DNA of 64,000 nt, taken from contig JBBAPZ010000003.1 in the NCBI GenBank assembly GCA_040400605.1, positions 30,407 to 94,406 on the forward strand. The letters run 5' to 3'. Shown here piece after piece: positions 60,336 through 64,000 of the stretch (position 1 is its first letter; the number at the start of each line of letters is the position of its first letter). Both the position numbers and the translations under genes were made by a program. The stretch is from Candidatus Sericytochromatia bacterium (GTDB lineage Bacteria > Cyanobacteriota > Sericytochromatia > S15B-MN24 > JAQBPE01). The notes under the pieces were generated by a model. The model ran no database searches. It was not told the DNA's origin and worked only from the letters and a program-made list of their open reading frames with translations.

Positions 60336-61425
60336 CGGTCGCGGTCATCATCGCCGTGATGATCGCATCGGCAAAAGCGTTGGTACTCACACCAGCCCCT
60401 TTTGGCGCCAAATCACTCGTCAAAGCGCAGCCATCCTGCAAAACCCGGACAACCGCCGCCTCCAGACGCTCAGCCGCCGCCGTTTCACCCAAATAATCCA
60501 ACATCATCCTGCCCGACAAAATCATCGCCAACGGATTGGCAATCCCCATCCCCGCAATAGTGGGAGCAGTTCCGTGCGTCGCTTCAAACACCGTCGCAAT
60601 GGTCCCAATGTTAGCCCCCGGAGCCACGCCAAGACCCCCGACCAACCCGGCGCAAAGATCAGACAAAATATCACCATAAAGATTTTCCGTCACCAAAACA
60701 TCAAAACTCTCCGGACGAATGACCAAATTCATACAGGCGGCATCCACAATCATCTCTTCAAATTCAATACTCGGATAACGACTCGCCACCTCACGCGCAA
60801 CATTCAAAAACAGGCCATCCGAACATTTCATAATATTAGCTTTATGAATCACCGTCACCTTGTGACGACCATGGGTCACGGCATAATCAAACGCAAACGC
60901 CACAATGCGCTCACTCGCAGTGCGTGAAATGGGTTTGAGGCTGATTGCCGACCCCTCACGAATGGCCTTGCCCGTTTGCGTACGTACCACCTCAGCAATG
61001 GCGCGAGCGCCATCACTACCACACTCAAATTCAAGGCCGGCATACAGGTCTTCAGTGTTCTCCCGCACAATCACGAGATCAACATGCCCGTAACGCGACA
61101 CGATGCCCGGGTAGTGCTTGCAGGGCCGCACACACGCGTAGAGGTCCAAGCCCTGACGCAACGCGACATTCACCGAACGAAATCCAGTCCCAACGGGCGT
61201 TCCAATCGGCGCTTTCAGTGCCACCTTGGTCTTGCGTATCGTCTCCAGGACGTGATCCGGCAACGGATTGGCATCGCCACTTTGCGCCATGTACGACACA
61301 CCCGCGTCGACCGTATGCCACACAAATGACACACCCGTCGCTTCCAGCACACGGATCGTTGCAGCCGTAATTTCAGGCCCTATGCCATCACCTGGGATCA
61401 GACAGACATGATGCGCCACGCTCAC
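60328..61425 (-). CDS. Isocitrate/isopropylmalate dehydrogenase family, probably NAD-dependent IDH
   Basis: PGDGIGPE, RENTE, HKANIMK, NLYGDILSD, FEATHGTAP. Confidence 0.88.
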   Translation of the reverse strand: MSVAHHVCLIPGDGIGPEITAATIRVLEATGVSFVWHTVDAGVSYMAQSGDANPLPDHVLETIRKTKVALKAPIGTPVGTGFRSVNVALRQGLDLYACVRPCKHYPGIVSRYGHVDLVIVRENTEDLYAGLEFECGSDGARAIAEVVRTQTGKAIREGSAISLKPISRTASERIVAFAFDYAVTHGRHKVTVIHKANIMKCSDGLFLNVAREVASRYPSIEFEEMIVDAACMNLVIRPESFDVLVTENLYGDILSDLCAGLVGGLGVAPGANIGTIATVFEATHGTAPTIAGMGIANPLAMILSGRMMLDYLGETAAAERLEAAVVRVLQDGCALTSDLAPKGAGVSTNAFADAIITAMMTATVA

Positions 61426-61473
61426 ACATCCTCAATAAAAAATTTGGTCATTCCTGAGCCATGGTACCACGAA

Positions 61474-62148
61474 TCAAGTGCTGCCGATCTTTTCCCTGTA
61501 AAAGCGACCAAGCAACAAGCCCTCCGTGATGCGGTCAAATCCGATCACCAAAGTGCTAAGCGGGGCTGGCTCACAACTGAGTTGAAAGACAATTGCCTGG
61601 CGCTCCGAATGCCAACTGACCGGCTGTTCTACCGCCAAGGGCACATCCGGTACGATTCCAAGCAACCGTACCCGAGCAGCCGACAAGCGCTTCGCGTGCG
61701 CCAAACGAACCAACCAATGATGCCACTCCGAATCCGACAACTCACCCACCCTCAATAAACGCCGTGTGACAGGCAACCAGGACAAATCGCCGTCATAGCA
61801 ATGGATCGCCGTTGTGATGGGTTCACACTCACGCAACCGGGGCAACGGTACTGTCAGTTCACGCCCCCGTGACCACTTCCCTTGCACCTCGGAGGCGACA
61901 CGATCCGATTTGGATGACACAAAGGACATCAAAGGCAACAGCCGACTCTCGACACGCGGCGCATCAAGGCCATCACCCGGACTCGAATGAACCACAAAAT
62001 CCCAATAGAGGTCCCGTATGCCCGGAACCGCATCAGGAACGTTAACACTACGACACGATACGGGCCGCAAGGCCTCATTGACCACCGGTTCATCAAGCGA
62101 CACATCAAGGTGTCGAACCATCAACTGCGTTCTCAAGAAGGAAAACAT
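61474..62148 (-). CDS. Hypothetical protein
   Basis: ORF in operon-like run, overlaps the upstream gene; no motif recognised. Confidence 0.55.
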   Translation of the reverse strand: MFSFLRTQLMVRHLDVSLDEPVVNEALRPVSCRSVNVPDAVPGIRDLYWDFVVHSSPGDGLDAPRVESRLLPLMSFVSSKSDRVASEVQGKWSRGRELTVPLPRLRECEPITTAIHCYDGDLSWLPVTRRLLRVGELSDSEWHHWLVRLAHAKRLSAARVRLLGIVPDVPLAVEQPVSWHSERQAIVFQLSCEPAPLSTLVIGFDRITEGLLLGRFYREKIGST

Positions 62149-62672
62149 ACATGCTCAATGGCAGCTTTGACACGCGCGAAAGGCTCAATCGGATCCAGTC
62201 CACCCTGAGCGCTTGCAATCAACAAATCAGCCACCTGACGGGCTGCCGCCTCATCCGCATGCGGAACCTCAAAACGCAGGGGCGAACCGGTTTCACCAAG
62301 TTGCACCAAGTATTCCGTACCGCTGAGAGCCTCCAACGAGCGTGCCTCTCGCAAAGGCGACATCAGCGTCTCTGTCACATAAGCCAAAGGAATCTTAGCG
62401 GCGTTTCGAAGGTAACCTTGTTCATCCACGAGCATCAAACCGACCTGTTTGAGATCAATCGTCTCGCTGAGATGCCTGAAAATCACATCCTGCTTGATGT
62501 GCGCATCAAGACCACGGCCATACAGAATTTGCTGCAAACGACTGGGCTGCACCGGATCCGTATGCCGAAAATCCACCGGCCAGCCCCGTTCATCCACACC
62601 CATCAAACCGCCAGCGTACACACTCGACCCGCGCTGGATCACCTTGAAATACGCGATGCGGCGCTCCGACAC
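62133..62672 (-). CDS. Hypothetical protein
   Basis: Tightly coupled to the ACAD gene; globular-looking, GGLM..D..GWPVDFR...Q.ILYG. Confidence 0.7.
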   Translation of the reverse strand: MSERRIAYFKVIQRGSSVYAGGLMGVDERGWPVDFRHTDPVQPSRLQQILYGRGLDAHIKQDVIFRHLSETIDLKQVGLMLVDEQGYLRNAAKIPLAYVTETLMSPLREARSLEALSGTEYLVQLGETGSPLRFEVPHADEAAARQVADLLIASAQGGLDPIEPFARVKAAIEHVCFPS

Positions 62673-62675
62673 CCG

Positions 62676-63845
62676 CTACAGCCCCAATTGCTTGGCGATC
62701 ACCAACCGCTGCACCTGCGAGGTCCCTTCGCCAATCTCACACAATTTGGCATCGCGCAACATCCGCTCCACCGGGTAATCACGGGTATAACCATAACCAC
62801 CCAAAATCTGAATGGCATCCAAACAAACCTTGGTCGCGACCTCCGAAGCGTACAACTTGGCATAACAGGCCTCAAGCTTGAACTCCTGATGGGCATCACG
62901 CAAACGCGCTGCATGATAAACCAGGTGACGGGCCGCCTGTATCTGCATGCTCATATCCGCGAGCATAAACTGCACAGCCTGGAATTTTCCAATCGGTTGG
63001 CCAAACTGCTGCCGGTCCTTCGCGTACGCCAACGCTTCATTCAATGCCCCCTGCGCGATACCAAGCGCCAACGCACCAATTGAAATGCGCCCGGAGTCCA
63101 AGGTAATCATCGCCTGTTTGAAACCACTACCTTCCTCACCGCTGCGATTCCCGACAGGCACCCGCACGCGATCAAACGCCAACGAACACGTCGGCGACCC
63201 GCGCATGCCAAGCTTCTTCTCGTGCTTCGAAATGGAAAACCCTTCGTAACCCGGCTCCACCAAAAATGCGGAAATACCACGGTTGCCTTTGGCGCGATCC
63301 GTCATCGCCATAATCGTGAACACACCAGCATAAGGGCTGTTGGTAATAAAATTCTTGGAACCATTGAGAAGGTACGCATCCCCATCCAGCACCGCAGTGG
63401 TTTTCTGGCCGGCCGCATCAGAACCAGCCCCAGGCTCCGTCAATCCCCAAGCGCCCAAATAAGTTCCGTTCGTCAAATTGGGCAAATACCGCTGTTTCTG
63501 CGCTTCGGTCCCGAAATACACCAAGGGCCCGCAACCAAGCGAATTGTGCGCAGCATACGATAACCCCGTCGAACCGCACGCAGCCCCAATTTCTTCCACA
63601 ACCAGCGCATACTCGACATAACCCGCGCCGCCCCCACCATACTCCGCCGGAACGGTCAACCCAAGCAAGCCAAGCGCCGCCAGCTTATCAAACGTCTCCT
63701 TGCCGAAACGCTCCTCTTCATCCAAAATCGGCGCGAGTGGGTAAATTTCCTTCGCAGCAAACTCACGAACCATCGCCTGCAACGAGAGTTGCTCCTCACT
63801 AAGCCCAAATGGATTGGAACGGGCAAGCTGGCTCATGGTCGGCAT
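62676..63845 (-). CDS. Acyl-CoA dehydrogenase
   Basis: [49 protein letters not shown]. Confidence 0.95.
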   Translation of the reverse strand: MPTMSQLARSNPFGLSEEQLSLQAMVREFAAKEIYPLAPILDEEERFGKETFDKLAALGLLGLTVPAEYGGGGAGYVEYALVVEEIGAACGSTGLSYAAHNSLGCGPLVYFGTEAQKQRYLPNLTNGTYLGAWGLTEPGAGSDAAGQKTTAVLDGDAYLLNGSKNFITNSPYAGVFTIMAMTDRAKGNRGISAFLVEPGYEGFSISKHEKKLGMRGSPTCSLAFDRVRVPVGNRSGEEGSGFKQAMITLDSGRISIGALALGIAQGALNEALAYAKDRQQFGQPIGKFQAVQFMLADMSMQIQAARHLVYHAARLRDAHQEFKLEACYAKLYASEVATKVCLDAIQILGGYGYTRDYPVERMLRDAKLCEIGEGTSQVQRLVIAKQLGL

Positions 63846-64000
63846 CGAATCCTCCTTGTCGAAAACGGGATCACCCTTGGCCCCGGTGGTTCTCTCACAC
63901 GCTTTACCATAATATCCGATGGCCAAAGCCAACGTCCATGCACCAGGCAAAGCCAACGGGCGTCTCACCCTCAAGAATCCTGTGAATAAACGTTTCATAC

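Overview
Bacterial chromosomal window, about 58-60% GC by eye. The style of its lipoproteins suggests a Sericytochromatia-like lineage; this is inference and was not verified. Housekeeping blocks: amtB-gltB, a crt-thl-hbd / double acyl-CoA dehydrogenase / meaB cluster, glgX-glgB, aroE-aroC-aroQ-aroK/aroB, motAB, and acyl-CoA dehydrogenase to icd-rimM-trmD. Other recognisable genes: ovothiol synthase OvoA, PhoX, MsrA, PepA, a SMUG1-type UDG, two STAND-type regulators and a GAF-GAF-GGDEF protein. The region from about 4 to 31 kb holds about 12 mostly uncharacterised lipoproteins. Main unexplained signals: (1) a four-copy ~125-140 bp MITE-like inverted-repeat element, one copy with a perfect 9-bp target-site duplication and every copy pointing into a gene start; (2) paralogous lipoproteins with Gly- and Tyr/Trp-rich tails, plus a recurrent [FY]x[LI][LQMS] motif at the linker/domain boundary; (3) a saw-tooth G+T / A+C strand skew that flips at intergenic promoter islands regardless of gene orientation; (4) a locus with a 24-32-24 repeat, a 6S-like RNA and a tandem-OB SSB-like gene. 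No cas, transposase, rRNA or tRNA genes were recognised.
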